Of a DNA stretch of 64,000 nucleotides, positions 1 to 11,949 are shown piece after piece. This DNA is from Epiperipatus broadwayi (taxonomy: Eukaryota; Animalia; Onychophora). The notes beneath the pieces were generated by a model that had not been told where the DNA came from, made no database searches, and saw only the letters and a list, made by a program, of their open reading frames with translations. The stretch's first letter is position 1. Each line of letters begins with the position of its first letter. The stretch lies in assembly GCA_028023455.1 (NCBI GenBank), contig JAQFVV010000001.1, positions 11,904,001-11,968,000 of the forward strand. The letters are read 5' to 3'. The position numbers and the translations under genes are program-made.

Positions 1-600
1 AATAGACCACTCTATATTGAAATTTCTGCAAGATCAAGCTCCACTGAGTGAGCTGATCATTTGTCAGGTAACTATTATTCAGAAATTCTAAACATTTATG
101 GTCAGTAATAACAATGATGTTTGAGCCCAGCAAGAATTGTTTGAACTTTCTGAAGGCCCATACAATGGCCAGAGCCTCCTTTTCAGTAGTTGCATAATTA
201 TTTTCAGCCCCTTTTAGGGTACGGCTACAAAAATATAATACCTTGTGATGTTTCTGCTCATCAATTTGGAATAAGACTACTCCCAATTCATGTCGGCTAC
301 TATCAGTTTGAATATAAAATGTTTGGGGAAAATCAGGGTAAGCCAGAACTACTTGTTTCAGAAAATTCTTCTTCATGAGCCGAAACTCCTGCTCCTGTTG
401 TGAACCCCAAAACCACTTTTGGTCCTTTCTTAATAACTGGACTAAGGATGATGATTCTACAGCAAAATTTTCATAAAACTGGTGGTAAAAGTTGCAGAGA
501 CCTAAAAATGACCTCTCCTGGTGTCTGTTAGCAGGTATAGGGAAATGCTCAATTGCAGCTAATTTATCTGGACAGGGTTTAATACCATCCTTCCCAATTA
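1..600 (-). pseudogene. Ty3/gypsy pol, RT connection/RNase H region, frameshifted
   Basis: Minus-strand translation near 1-150 gives ITDHKCLEFLNNSYLTNDQLTQWSLILQKFQYRVVY, the TDH..L..L....RW...LQ.F motif at the end of Ty3/gypsy RNase H; collinear with the RT upstream. Confidence 0.8.
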
Positions 601-620
601 CAAAGCCCAAAAATGCCACT

Positions 621-1127
621 TCATCCATGGCTAAATAACTTTTCTGCAAGTTGATCATGATATTTTTTTTGACTGCATTCGGTCAAAAATATCTCCACAT
701 GTTCCAAGTGCTCTTCAATATTTCTGGATGCAATAACCACATCATCCATGTACATTACTATAATATTTTTAACCTTCTCTGACAATATCTGATCCAAACA
801 CCTTAACAACCCGGATCCACTGTTGATCAACCCGAACGGCATCCGTTTAAAGACATACGTATACCCTTCATACCGAAACCCCGTATATTGGCAATCGGAT
901 GGATGAAGAGGTATCTGCCAATAACTCGAAGTCAAGTCAAATATACTAAAGACAGTTTTCCCTTGAAATCTAGCCAGAATTTCAGTTATTGTAGGAGAAA
1001 TGTCTCTTTCAGGAATAGTGATAGCATTTAACCGGCGAGCATCCAAACATATTCTAGCTGCCCCATCTTTCTTCTTTACTACCACCAAAGGGTTAATATT
1101 AAGATGATGCTTGTTTACCAATAACAC
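621..1127 (-). pseudogene. Ty3/gypsy reverse transcriptase (disrupted)
   Basis: ORF contains RICLDARRLN, FSIFDLTSSYWQIPL, FKRMPFGL and YMDDVVI, the RT core motifs of Ty3/gypsy elements; flanked by frameshifts. Confidence 0.95.
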
Positions 1128-1460
1128 CCCATTTGATCATTTTTTGTATTTGACTATCCATCTTAGCTTTATATTGAAATGAAATGGGGTAAGATCGACT
1201 TTGAAAATGGTTTTCTTCTTTTACTTTGATCCGATGAACATACCATACCCTTCAATAGCCCGAGGTCTATTAGAAAAAAACGTATGGTACTGCGTCAACA
1301 CCTGTGTTAAAAGATGTTGCTCTGTCCCCTTTAGTATGGACTGTTTCACCTTATTCTTTACTTCAGTGGTGTCTAAGACTGACTGCATACAGTGTATTTG
1401 TAAGGACTGATACTTTTTTAATCCCTCCAGGGGCATTATGCTTTCTCTACCTTGAAATAC

Positions 1461-2234
1461 TCATTGACCATAATCAAGCACACATTTATGCTGATGAAGA
1501 AAATCTGTTTCCACTATGACATCTTGTATCAACCCGGGCATTATCAAAAAGAGTTGATCCACTTCCATGTTTCCCAGATGAAGCTGGGTCCAAACCTGCT
1601 TTGTCTCTACATTTGCCTTTTTACCATTAGCCAATGTAACTTGCAGTCTCTTTAGAGGCAATGTATACAGGCGAGTTTGTTGTTTTAACTGTGAATAAAA
1701 ATGACTGGAAATCAGGGACATCTGACTCCCAGAATCAATTAAACCCTGTGCTGTGATGGATCCAATTTTTATAGTTATGATGGGACAAGTCTGGTTGGCT
1801 CCAACTAACGTCGGTTCATCTTTATCAACCACCACATTGGATACTGTTCCCCCATCTCCGTTGAGTATGTTTTCCTTCTCTATTCTATCCCTACTATAAT
1901 CAATCTCTGTCAATAATGTTATTATTTCTTCTATACACATTTTATAATTAATCAACATGGCTTGTTGTATCACCACTGGCATATTGTTTCTTATTATTGA
2001 GATTATCTGGCTTTCTGGCAAAGACAATGCCATCAACGACTTCAGTATGGTGGCTTGATTACAGAAAAACTGCATATAAGTTCCTCCATCCCCTTTGGAA
2101 AATGCTTGCTGCAAAACTCTTCTAAAGATGCAATATTGTTTCTCTTCACTCCAAAAACTGTGCATGATGGAGTATCTATACTCCCCAAATGTCTGTGGCT
2201 TTACACTTAAAGTATGCCACCAATCTACGGCCAC
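1461..2234 (-). pseudogene. Ty3/gypsy gag C-terminal part plus aspartic protease
   Basis: GLIDSGSQMSLIS (retropepsin DSG active site) and FLIMPGLIQDVIVETDFL, preceded by gag-like sequence and upstream of RT on the same strand. Confidence 0.9.
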
Positions 2235-2589
2235 ACCCTACAAATGATTATAAGCCACTGCAATCTTTTCTTGTTCATTCCATTCGTGAAACTGAAACAC
2301 TTGTTGAAGGCTTTCAAGATGCACAGCTGGACTTTCTCAATTATCTGCCATGAAAACTTTTATCTAGATCAATCTTGTACCTTTAAGTTTACTTGCCTAT
2401 TTTCAACTTCCTTATAAATTTGCCCTCCCATCTTGGCACTCTTTAACAACTCATTTATTTATATATATTTTTGCTTTTATTGTCAGTTTTAGAAAACAAT
2501 GCCTTTTACTATTTATTTAACACTAAGTTTGCCAATCAATCTAAAAGAAAAATACTATTTAACTATTTATTTGTCACAAGAAAGAGACT

Positions 2590-2890
2590 TCCCAATATTC
2601 ATTTTGCTATTTTAAAATAAAACTTTAGCTATGAAAGCAAACACAGTTTACTGTTTATTAATTATTTCATATGTAAAGGCGAACAAACTATTTTTATTTT
2701 CCAATATTTATTTTGCTATTTTAAAATAAAAATTTAGCTACGAAAGCAAACACTGTTTACTGCTTACTAATTATTTCATATGAAAAGGCGAACGAACTAT
2801 TTTTATCTTTTTTTTTTTTTTAATTAATCTAAAAACGAATACGACGCTACTTTCTATTTATTAATTATTTGTCATATGAAAAAGACGAAC
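2590..2890. repeat. ~105-bp tandem repeat (2 copies plus a partial one) in the gypsy 5' leader
   Basis: ccaatatt(c/t)attttgctattttaaaataaaa...aaaggcgaac(a/g)aactattttta occurs at ~2591 and ~2701, with a partial third copy near 2850-2890. Confidence 0.8.
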
Positions 2891-3114
2891 TATATATATT
2901 TAACTCTTCAAAAAAAAATTAACTCCGACAGACTTTTTAGAAAATACGCTATTTATTGTTTCCAAATTATTTCATACAAAAAAAAAAAAAAGAACCCCTT
3001 TCTACCAAACTTGCTCCAACAATACCTGCAATAATTAACAACAATCGAACCTCTGCCGACTAGATCTTGCCACTTACACCTGAAATCTTTCTCAACCGTC
3101 TAAACAAAATCTCA

Positions 3115-3145
3115 CATGGGCTCGAAGCTCCACATTGATGCGCTA
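3115..3145 (-). promoter_or_regulatory. Primer-binding site, tRNA-Lys(CUU)-like, degenerate
   Basis: Minus strand TAGCGCATCAATGTGGAGCTTCGAGCCCATG resembles the complement of the tRNA-Lys(CUU) 3' end (TGGCGCCCAACGTGGGGCTCGAACCCACG); it lies between the putative LTR end and gag. Confidence 0.65.
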
Positions 3146-3159
3146 AAAATTAATATATA

Positions 3160-3881
3160 TGTAATGGGAGAAAGCTTTAAGATTCACATACACTGACCAT
3201 GAGGGCACCACTAGTCCGAAAATAGGAACTAGACATTTATTTTAAGGGTGGACAGGATATGCGAATCGAAATGCACCGAACTAAACTCAGGGAGGAACAA
3301 GATATCTTAAATATTGTTTAGACAGTTGAGAAATCAAAGCACCCAGACAAACATCAGCCAAATTAAGTTTAAACAAATTTTAAACTTTTATTTAAAAGCA
3401 AAACAACTTGTAAGAAAAGTTTACACGAAAATCAATAGGGTTATCTCAGGCGTGTACTAGAACGACTAAACACATTGCTCTAGCAGACTTACCGACTCTC
3501 TAATAATGAGTTCTACAGGGAGGAAGCAATTTCATTCAGCAGAAGAGAAGTCACCTAAATGTTGGTTTTCCTATTCACAGGTTTGCAAACAATACGTTCT
3601 TGAAATAAATCAATGAAACCAGCACCAGCAAGCTTTTCTAGACCCCAAAAAACAAGTGTATCAGAATCCAAAATGTCATATGCTAGTAGAAGCTGCACCT
3701 TAAAACTATGTTCAAAGCAAAGATGATTGATTTATCTCAAGAACCATGACAAATATGCTTCAGAATGAATGGAAAACAAACAAGTAAAACTGGCGACTCC
3801 CCAACCAAACGATTGAAAAAACTAATCTAAGAATTAATGATCTCAATAGGAGACAAGTAAATCATTAGAAAATCAGTTACA
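3160..3881 (-). mobile_element. Putative 5' LTR of the gypsy element
   Basis: Minus strand begins TGTAAC (3881) and ends ATTACA (3160), giving TG...CA termini next to the PBS. The partner LTR is outside the window, so the outer boundary is uncertain. Confidence 0.45.
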
Positions 3882-5164
3882 TCTGCCCCAGCATTTAAAG
3901 AAAATGAATTACCAATAATTATAATTAAAAAAATAAATTTACGACACAAGTTGTTAGTACACGCTCTGACAAATTTTCAGCTATACAAGTAAATACAAAA
4001 TAAATCTATTGGAGAGTGCACATGAGTACAAAAATAAGAAAGCTATAAATACTTTAGCAGCAAAAGTCTCTCTCACCTGTAATTTACAAAAGGGATAAAT
4101 ATTTTCTTCCTGTTGGTGGCTAAAAAAAAATTTTACAAAGCAAAAACAATCATAGTTTCCATTTTCAGAGATATAAGAAATGAAGACTATGAAAATAAAG
4201 TCACCAGCCAAAAGATTTGGTGGTTTGCAAAAGTGCAAACACCATATTTAACATTAATTTGGGCTACTAAAATAATTACAGGTAAGCTTTCAAAATATCT
4301 TCCAAACTTTAAAAAAGCATAAAAATAGAAAAACTCACACGTCACTCTCCAATAAACAACAACTGAAAGCAAACTTGGAATCTTAAAACTAAGACTGCAA
4401 GACACACGGCCAAGTACAATAAAAGAGAATAAATATAGCTAATCAAAATGAAGTTAAATATTAATTTATGAATACAGATTTATAATTAGATTGAGTGGAG
4501 ATTTAACAAAAAGAAATTTACCCTGGAAAGAATAAAAGAAAATGTCATCTTACGATAAAGCACAGTTCGCATAGAATGAACATGTTTATCTTTAGTTTAT
4601 TTTCAGGTCCTTTAACAGTGGCAAGGTAGAGGCAGTGTTTATTTTAGAGGCTCATGGCATGACTGAAGGAGAGCTGGCAGGCATGGGTCCGTCCTTTGTT
4701 TAAATTAGCAAGACATTTTGATGATGGCAAAACTCATAGCGGTAGATTTTGACATCTTGCACAGCAACGAAGTTTGTCAATAATTAAAGTTTTTAGCAGG
4801 AATTAAACTTTCTGAACAGCTACCCAAAATGGTATGACTATTAGCAGGTCATAATCCAAGTGTCTATTTCTATACTGAATCTCCTCTCTAAAAATTGGCG
4901 AGCTATATATCTTTTTCTTGCTACATTTCCCACGAAAAACTTCCATTAGTCTCTAATTCTATATCTCAGGCAGGGCAAATATTAATTTCCCGCTCAATCT
5001 AATTTAAGAATTCCATCCAGGGATTATTGAAACAAAAACAACAACACAGTTAAACCTCCGCTTTTTTTAGAATTAACTTTAAAAATATGACTAAAATAAA
5101 AACAACAGGAATACATAATTAGCAAGCTTGCCTGTTTTTAATCAAATTGATTAAAACAGGCGGA

Positions 5165-5242
5165 GAAAGTAAACTATTTTAAAATCAATTTTATAAACAA
5201 AGAAGTGAAAGTAAACTGTTTTAAAATCAATTTTATAAACAT
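5165..5242. repeat. Short tandem duplication (~43-bp period)
   Basis: gaaagtaaact(a/g)ttttaaaatcaattttataaaca occurs twice. Confidence 0.8.
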
Positions 5243-6229
5243 GAAAATGATCAAAATAAATATAAACGTGTATGTGTTTTAAATAATAATAAAAAATTTT
5301 AACATTAGATAAGATTTAACAAACCTTAATTTTTTAATTTTGGCAGTAAAATCCTTGAAACGGAGATCAATCCAGTTCAATATATATAAGTACATCATTA
5401 GTGCATCTATTTGACATTCATAGATCTGGATTCAAATCCGAATAGAATACAATTTGAAATTTTATTTAATTTTTAATCGCGTTTAGGATTTTTCTTTTAG
5501 GTAGTTAACCTATATCCAATCCAATTAACCATTCAATATTGGTTGATAAACTGATATCTAACCACTACATAATAGAAGGTAAAATGGAGATGAAAACTGC
5601 TCAAACGTCACCAACCAATAATTGGCAAACCTGGTGAGAATGTTTTCACTGTTTTGCTATAAGAAGCTGTACAAGAGATTTTTGCCTTTCAGCAAAATAT
5701 TTTAAGACTTTTATTATTACAATATTAAAAATCAATAAATTCACTTTACTTTAAAAATTAAGACAATTAACAATCAATTAGAAATTAACAAACTTCAACA
5801 ACTATTATACAATAATGTAAGTGCAATTATTGAACTATAAGAAGTGTGTATATATATATATACATAAAACAGAAGTTATAAAGTGAAAACAAGTACTAAA
5901 GATAATTGCTATTAAGATTAAGTAATGTTCAATGGTTTTTTACAAAAAAAATAAAGTCGATAATCATGAGTACTTTTGATAAAAATGACTTAGTCCAATG
6001 TAGCATTTTGTGTATAATAATTCATGGTTTGTTGATAAGCTTTGATTACAATAAAATATGTATTGTTCATTGAATTGCATGAGTATAGATAGTACTTTTC
6101 AATTTGCATATATTCAATATACTAATATATATATATATATATATATATAAAAGCAGGCTATAGCTATACGCTATCCTGAATAACATTTAACAGTTAAAAT
6201 AAAAAAAAATCTTATTAAAGTCATATGTT

Positions 6230-6590
6230 AACATTTCCATGTGAATGGTCAACTTTCCACAATTTATGTATATTAACACAATTATATTGGTTATTTAATA
6301 TGCTGTCATATTTATAAAATATGTCTCTTTGGATGTTTCTTTCTAAGTATTTTCCACATGCAAAATGAAAACTCTATCAAAACAAAAATTTCCATTACAA
6401 ATAACTGAACGTTCAGTAAATATAGATATAAATCTATCCACAGAATATAACAATTTATTATATAAAAGTTCATGAATTCTGTTTTTTTCAATGCAGATTT
6501 TGATCCACCAATATAAATGGACACACAATGGCACACCACTTTATAAATATTACATTTATTGATTTTATCATCAGTATCCTCTCCATTAAT
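6230..6590 (-). mobile_element. Inverted copy of the 3' (GIY-YIG) end of the adjacent PLE
   Basis: Reverse complement aligns with ~7150-7480 (gtggtgtgccattgtg..tccatttatat, ttcatgaactttt, ttctgtggatag, catgtggaaaat); translates VCHCVSIYIGGSK. Confidence 0.75.
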
Positions 6591-6599
6591 AATTAATCT

Positions 6600-7480
6600 A
6601 CCAGTGTGTTTTCATATTATGAAGAGAATATTTTAAAAGCATTCTTCCCATTAAGGGTTAAAGGTTATTTTAGATATGTTGATGATATGCTTATTGCTGG
6701 ATTACCTGTGACAGTGCCTTATCTTTTTAATAAATTAAATGACTTGAAATGGCATGCAATTTCTGAAGATAGTGAATATAAAATATCGATTAAACTTTAA
6801 GGAGAGAAAATAATATAATCAATTATAAAATGTTCATAAAACCTTTGTCAAGTATGGGAATTCCAAGTCAAATGTTCCTCTTATGTATAAATTAGGTGAA
6901 AATAATATTTTACATAAATTTCAAAGTAATAAATTATCCAATATTGAAATACACACTAATGAATTATTGAATGTAAGATATAATAGTAAAAATTTTTACT
7001 AACATTATATAACTTTACATGGATGGAGGAAGAAAAATATTGAAAACATGATTTCATTACCATATATAAATGTGTGTAGTAAGATTACACCATTTGTTTC
7101 TTTTCATTTTAATGTAGCATTTAATGTTGGGCTAAATATTGGTAGATTAATTATTAATGAAAAGAATGTTGTTGATAAAATCAACAAATATAATATTATT
7201 TATAAAGTGGTATGCCATTGTGGATCCATTTATATCAGTGAGTCAAAGTGAGCATTGTAAAAGATAATTCATGAACTTTTATATAAATTGTGATATTCTG
7301 TGGATAGCTTTGAATCTGCATTTGCTGAAAATTCAGTTATCTAGTGAAGATTTTTGTTTTGGTAATATTTTTATTTTACATGTGGAAAATGATTTGAAGA
7401 AAAGAAAAATCAAAATCATATTTTATAAATATGACCAGACAATGTAATTGCCTTTCATATGGAAATATTAATATTGTGTC
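6600..7480 (+). mobile_element. Degenerate Penelope-like element A (RT plus GIY-YIG endonuclease relic)
   Basis: YFRYVDDML (6670-6695), SLPYINV and NIIYKVVCHCGSIYISESK (GIY-YIG N-terminal motif); many stops and frameshifts. Confidence 0.8.
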
Positions 7481-7890
7481 TGTATTTTTATATTGGACTA
7501 TTTCCATAATCTAATATGTGTGTTGAATGTCTTTAGAAAAGTTTAATTTTATTTAAATATTCCAAATACATTCAACTATTAGTAATATCACAACAAACAG
7601 GTTAGTATATGCACAACATTTCGAGAGATTTTTCTCCCCTCTTCTTCAGGTGTTGCTGGCCTGACCAGTGAAAGTACTAACATGGGATTTGAACTTGGAT
7701 CTTTAGATTCTTGAATTTTAAGGTAATTCTCTAACCAAAAGCCATCCTGCCAAAGGCAACAATACGTAGTAATTTCGTATACTTATCTAAGTTCCTCCCG
7801 ATTTCTCTACTTTTGCCTAAGAGCAAAGTTGATTAGTGGTTTCCATACATTATATATAGTCACACTAAGTTGGCTTATGGGATTTTTTGT
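7475..7890 (-). repeat. Left arm of the inverted pseudo-LTR of PLE B (tRNA-like head plus hammerhead core)
   Basis: Reverse complement matches 8400-8915 over ~400 bp. Confidence 0.85.
7608..7656 (-). ncRNA. Minimal type I hammerhead ribozyme motif
   Basis: Minus strand CAC-CTGAAGA-A-GAG..CTC-GAAA-TGTT-GTG: CUGANGA core, stem II, GAAA, very short stem III, and stem I CAC/GTG. Confidence 0.7.
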
Positions 7891-8405
7891 CATTGTCATG
7901 TAAGGATCTTCTTTAAATTTTCTTCTTTGTATTTTTTCTTCTCTATCCAATATTTTTATATTTTCCCAATTGAATGTATGTTCATTGGTACATACATAGT
8001 CTGCTACCTTAGACACATATGTTTTCTCTCTTCTAATCATCAGTTTATGTTCTTGCAAGTGCTTTTCAATGGGACAGCTGGTTTCACCAATATATGTTCT
8101 TCCACATTCACATGGTATTTCACAGATGTGGTTTTTTTCTTTCCAGCATTTTTTTAGGCCTTGTAGATGTTAGAATTCCTCATAGTGTGGTATGGCTCTG
8201 GAAAGCTGTTCTGATGTTATACTGATTGCAGATTTTTCTTAATTTGTCTGCTATTTTTGGAATGTATGGGTACACGACAGTACCAATAATTGTCTTTTTT
8301 TCTTGATGGTTCTTTTTGTTGTCTATTTAATGTTTTCTTAATAACAGCTGATGGATAACCATTTTTCATAAGAGTTTGTTCTATATAGATCTTTTCTTTT
8401 TCCAA
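7807..8405 (-). mobile_element. Penelope-like element B, 5'-truncated C-terminal domain and GIY-YIG
   Basis: TLMKNGYPSAVIKKTL, then GRTYIGETSCPIEKHLQEHK...VADYVCTNEHTFNWENIKILDREEKIQRRKFKE, typical PLE GIY-YIG; frameshifted. Confidence 0.9.
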
Positions 8406-8539
8406 ATCCCATAAGCCAACCTAGTGTGACTATACATAATGTATGGAAACCAGTAATCAACTTTGCTCTTAGGAAAAATGGGGAAATCAGGAGGAACCTC
8501 ATAGATAAGTATATGAAATTACTACATATTGTTGCCTTT

Positions 8540-8625
8540 GGCAGGATGGCTCAGTTGGTTAGAGCATAATCTTAAAATTCAATAATCAAAAATACCAGAA
8601 CCCAGGTTCAAATCCCATGCTAGTA
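8540..8625 (+). other. tRNA-derived segment (Pol III A and B boxes) within the pseudo-LTR
   Basis: GGCAGGATGGCTCAGTTGGTTAGAGCA (A box) and GGTTCAAATCCC (B box, 8605-8616); the middle does not form a cloverleaf. Confidence 0.7.
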
Positions 8626-8643
8626 CTGTCACTGGTTAGCCCA

Positions 8644-8692
8644 GCAACACCTGAAGAAGAGTGGAGAAAAATACCTCTTGAAATGTTGTGCA
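8644..8692 (+). ncRNA. Minimal hammerhead ribozyme motif (second copy, slightly decayed)
   Basis: CAC-CTGAAGA(8651-8657)-A-GAG..CTCTT-GAAA(8680-8683)-TGTT-GTG. Confidence 0.6.
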
Positions 8693-10024
8693 TATACTAA
8701 CCTGTTTACTGTGATATTACTAACAGTTGGTGCATATACTCACCTGTTTGCTGTGACATTACTAACAGTTGGATCATATAATAACCTGTTTGCTGTAATA
8801 TTACTAATAGTTGAATGTATTTGGAATATTTAAATAAAATTAAACTTTTCTAAAGACATTCAACATGCATATTAGATGATGGAAATAGTCCAATATAAAA
8901 ATACAGCTAGAACACTATCATCACAAACCTTCAGCAAAACATTAATATTGTGTGGCTTTAATGAGATTTTTTTTTTTTTAAATTTTAACTGTTAAATGTT
9001 ACTTAGGATGGCATACATTACCATAAGCTGGCTATAGTCATTATGCAATTTTTTTTTATAATAGTATATTGAATATGGTAGAGTTTATTCCAGAATATTT
9101 TGTTTATTATATTTATTTTATATGATTATATATATAAATGCATATATAAATTAACATTATAGTATAAACAAAATTAAAAAATAATAATAATTTAGTTATT
9201 AATAATAAATTGAGAGAGCACATTTATATAGATATTGTGTTCACTCATTCACATTAACTCAAAAATAAACATATTGTACTGTATTCTTTTTTAAATAAAA
9301 TGTGATTTTTTTTCTTTAATAACTTATTTTTCCCAATGGAAACAAAATAGCAGTCTTGTTAGCAGCAGACTAAAGCCTAATTATTTTGATGTTTTCAGTG
9401 TAAGCAGAAGAAACATTATTAATAAACAGATTGCATATAATGCACTGAGATGAAAAAATGCCTGTTGCCATTCCATAAAATTTATTAAATGTATGAATTT
9501 TAATGTTTATACTGTTTGTTTATTTAAATTTACTTTTGCCGTAACATATAATTGGGGTGTAATAATACACCATATTTCTCAGTTTCACTGTATTAAAAAA
9601 AATATGCATATGTGTTTGAAAAAAAAAAAGTTTTTAATAGATGTGTTTCACTAGATCTTACATATAGATATAAAACTTAAATGCTTAACTGAAAAACAAT
9701 ATAGACTTCAGACTACACAATGAATTATGAAAGGAGCAAATAAATATCATCTGATATCAAAAAAATTAAGCTGAAATGGAATTGGGCTAGATAGATTTTT
9801 TAAAAGAAATAACAATAAATAGACAATTGAAGCCTTAATTGCTTCTCAAGAAATTGCAAATGATCTAGAAAAATACCATATATGAGATGGATAGATAAAT
9901 AACTTTTCTGGAGTAATGTATTACATATATCAGTTTATAAATAAAAATTATATACATACTCCAATTATTATTTACAGTAAGTAATAATTTGTTAAGTGCA
10001 TACTTTTTATGTAATATATATTAA

Positions 10025-10218
10025 AGCTATAACCTTAAGACTATGCACTTAGATGTGACAGTAAGGATCTCTACAAATCTTAACACAAGATTAAAACCTT
10101 AAGACTATGCACCTAGATGTGACAGTAGGGACCTCTACAAGTCTTAACACAAGATTGTGTTAAGATTTGTAGAGTTCCCTACTGTTGCGTCTAGGCACAT
10201 AATCTTAAGGTTATAGCT
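10025..10218. mobile_element. Fold-back MITE (family B), TTAA-flanked, Kolobok-like termini
   Basis: TTAA|AGCTATAACC...GGTTATAGCT|TTAA, almost wholly palindromic; the left arm carries a ~63-bp tandem duplication. A related half copy lies at ~35288-35365. Superfamily is inferred only from the TTAA flanks and RR...YY termini. Confidence 0.8.
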
Positions 10219-11949
10219 TTAATATATATTATTTACAGTAAGGAAAGTCAATTAAAATTTTAACTTATACAATGTGGAATGGTTCCTCCTTAGATTAAAT
10301 TTAGAGTTTTTAAGTATAGAAAAAAAAATGTTTAAAAATTATAGTATAACCTATTTACTTCTAACCTATTTACTTCTCATTCATTTTTTTATTCTTACTA
10401 ATATCACAAATATCTTTTGATAAACTATATTATCGTCTTTAAAAATGTATCTTTCACTTATGTCTTCTTCCAATTACCATGTAACTTATCCTAGTTACCA
10501 GATATATTTTCCCTATCTCATTTCCACAAAACATCTGCAGTTCAAATTTATTTTGTTTTCTTTCCTTGGTATCCAAAGCTCCTGTCCTTGCACCTAATAA
10601 TAAGCTCCTCTAGGATTATATATAAATTTGTATATGTTTTATTCTTATGTAATTCCAAACCAATTTTATTTTTATCTATTCTCAATAATAAAATTAGTTA
10701 CCATTGTTTTTTATTTCTTAAAATTATTAACTTAAAATATACTTTCTATATATCTATCTCATTTCTTAAATAAATATTTATAGTAAATTCTGTAGTTACT
10801 AATTTTGCTAATTACAAAAATCTTTTTAGTCCATTACATTTGTCATAATCTGCAGGTCATTTAATTATACTCTACTTTTATTAATCTATAATCATTCATA
10901 AATTATAATATTTTAAACATTAAATTTGTTTTATGTATTTTTCTTAACTCCACTTCTCTAAGACAGATAGTTTCCATTTTCAATTTTATTTTCATCATTA
11001 ATTATAATATCTGAGATTTCTTCTCCAAAATATAAAAATTAAATTGTTGCCTTTCTTTCTTTTCAGATTTCTCTAATATTAGATCATATCCTTTAAAATA
11101 TTAACAAAAAATGTCATTTCCTTTGCAATCAAGAGCTGCCATCTTATGTATTTTTTTTGGTCTTAATGTTTGTAAGGGTTTTAATTTATATTAATTACAT
11201 AAATCATAATTAGAAAAAATAATTATAAAAGTTTTGTATTATATAATCAAAAATATAAATGAATATAACCACACACATCCCTCAAAAATCTCAATAACAT
11301 TAATTATAATTAATTAAATCCCTTTATCATATATTCAATTTGTAAATAATAATAAAAAAGGTCCCATAGAACCAAACTAAGACTTAAAAAAAATTGGCAA
11401 AAAGTAATAAATGACAATAGGTGTGCTAAATGAAGATAAAAAATGAAATTTCAAAAAGCAATGTATTTTGATAAAAAATATGTATTTATACAATATATAT
11501 AGTTTAAAAGTGTACATTTCTTAAAATGTAGATAATTATAAATGTCATTACTTTCGCACTAATGTATTTGATAGCATTATATGAGAAGTCACTACAATAT
11601 TGGATCAAGTTACTTTGTCAGTTGACGTGCTACTAAAGAAACAATTTTGGAACGTCATTTCTTACAGATTTATATTTGTTCTCATATCTCTATTTCATTT
11701 CTTATAAATTATTTTCACTTAATGTATTCATTATCACAGATTACTTTTTGTGAGTTAAAACATACTTTCATGCTTTTATTTTTCTCCTAATTAAATTAAA
11801 GGATTTCACATTTTTAAAATATGCATTTTATTTCTCAATATATTTATTAAGGCTTTATATATACATTGATGTTTATTGACTGGTCTGTAGATTCTTGAGA
11901 TCTATACTATGTCAGTGTACTATTTGGTACTTCTTTGATCTTCTAAGTC

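Larger units (their letters stand above)
8400..8915 (+). repeat. Right arm of the inverted pseudo-LTR of PLE B
   Basis: Inverted match to 7475-7890; also contains three ~41-bp tandem units (catatactaacctgtttactgtgatattactaacagttgg) at ~8691-8815. Confidence 0.85.

Noticed and set aside
10400-11200. Possible LINE RT remnants on the minus strand (similar weak traces at 22850-23230, 28200-28760 and 34000-34900)
   Set aside because: Motif matches are too degraded to support a call by eye.
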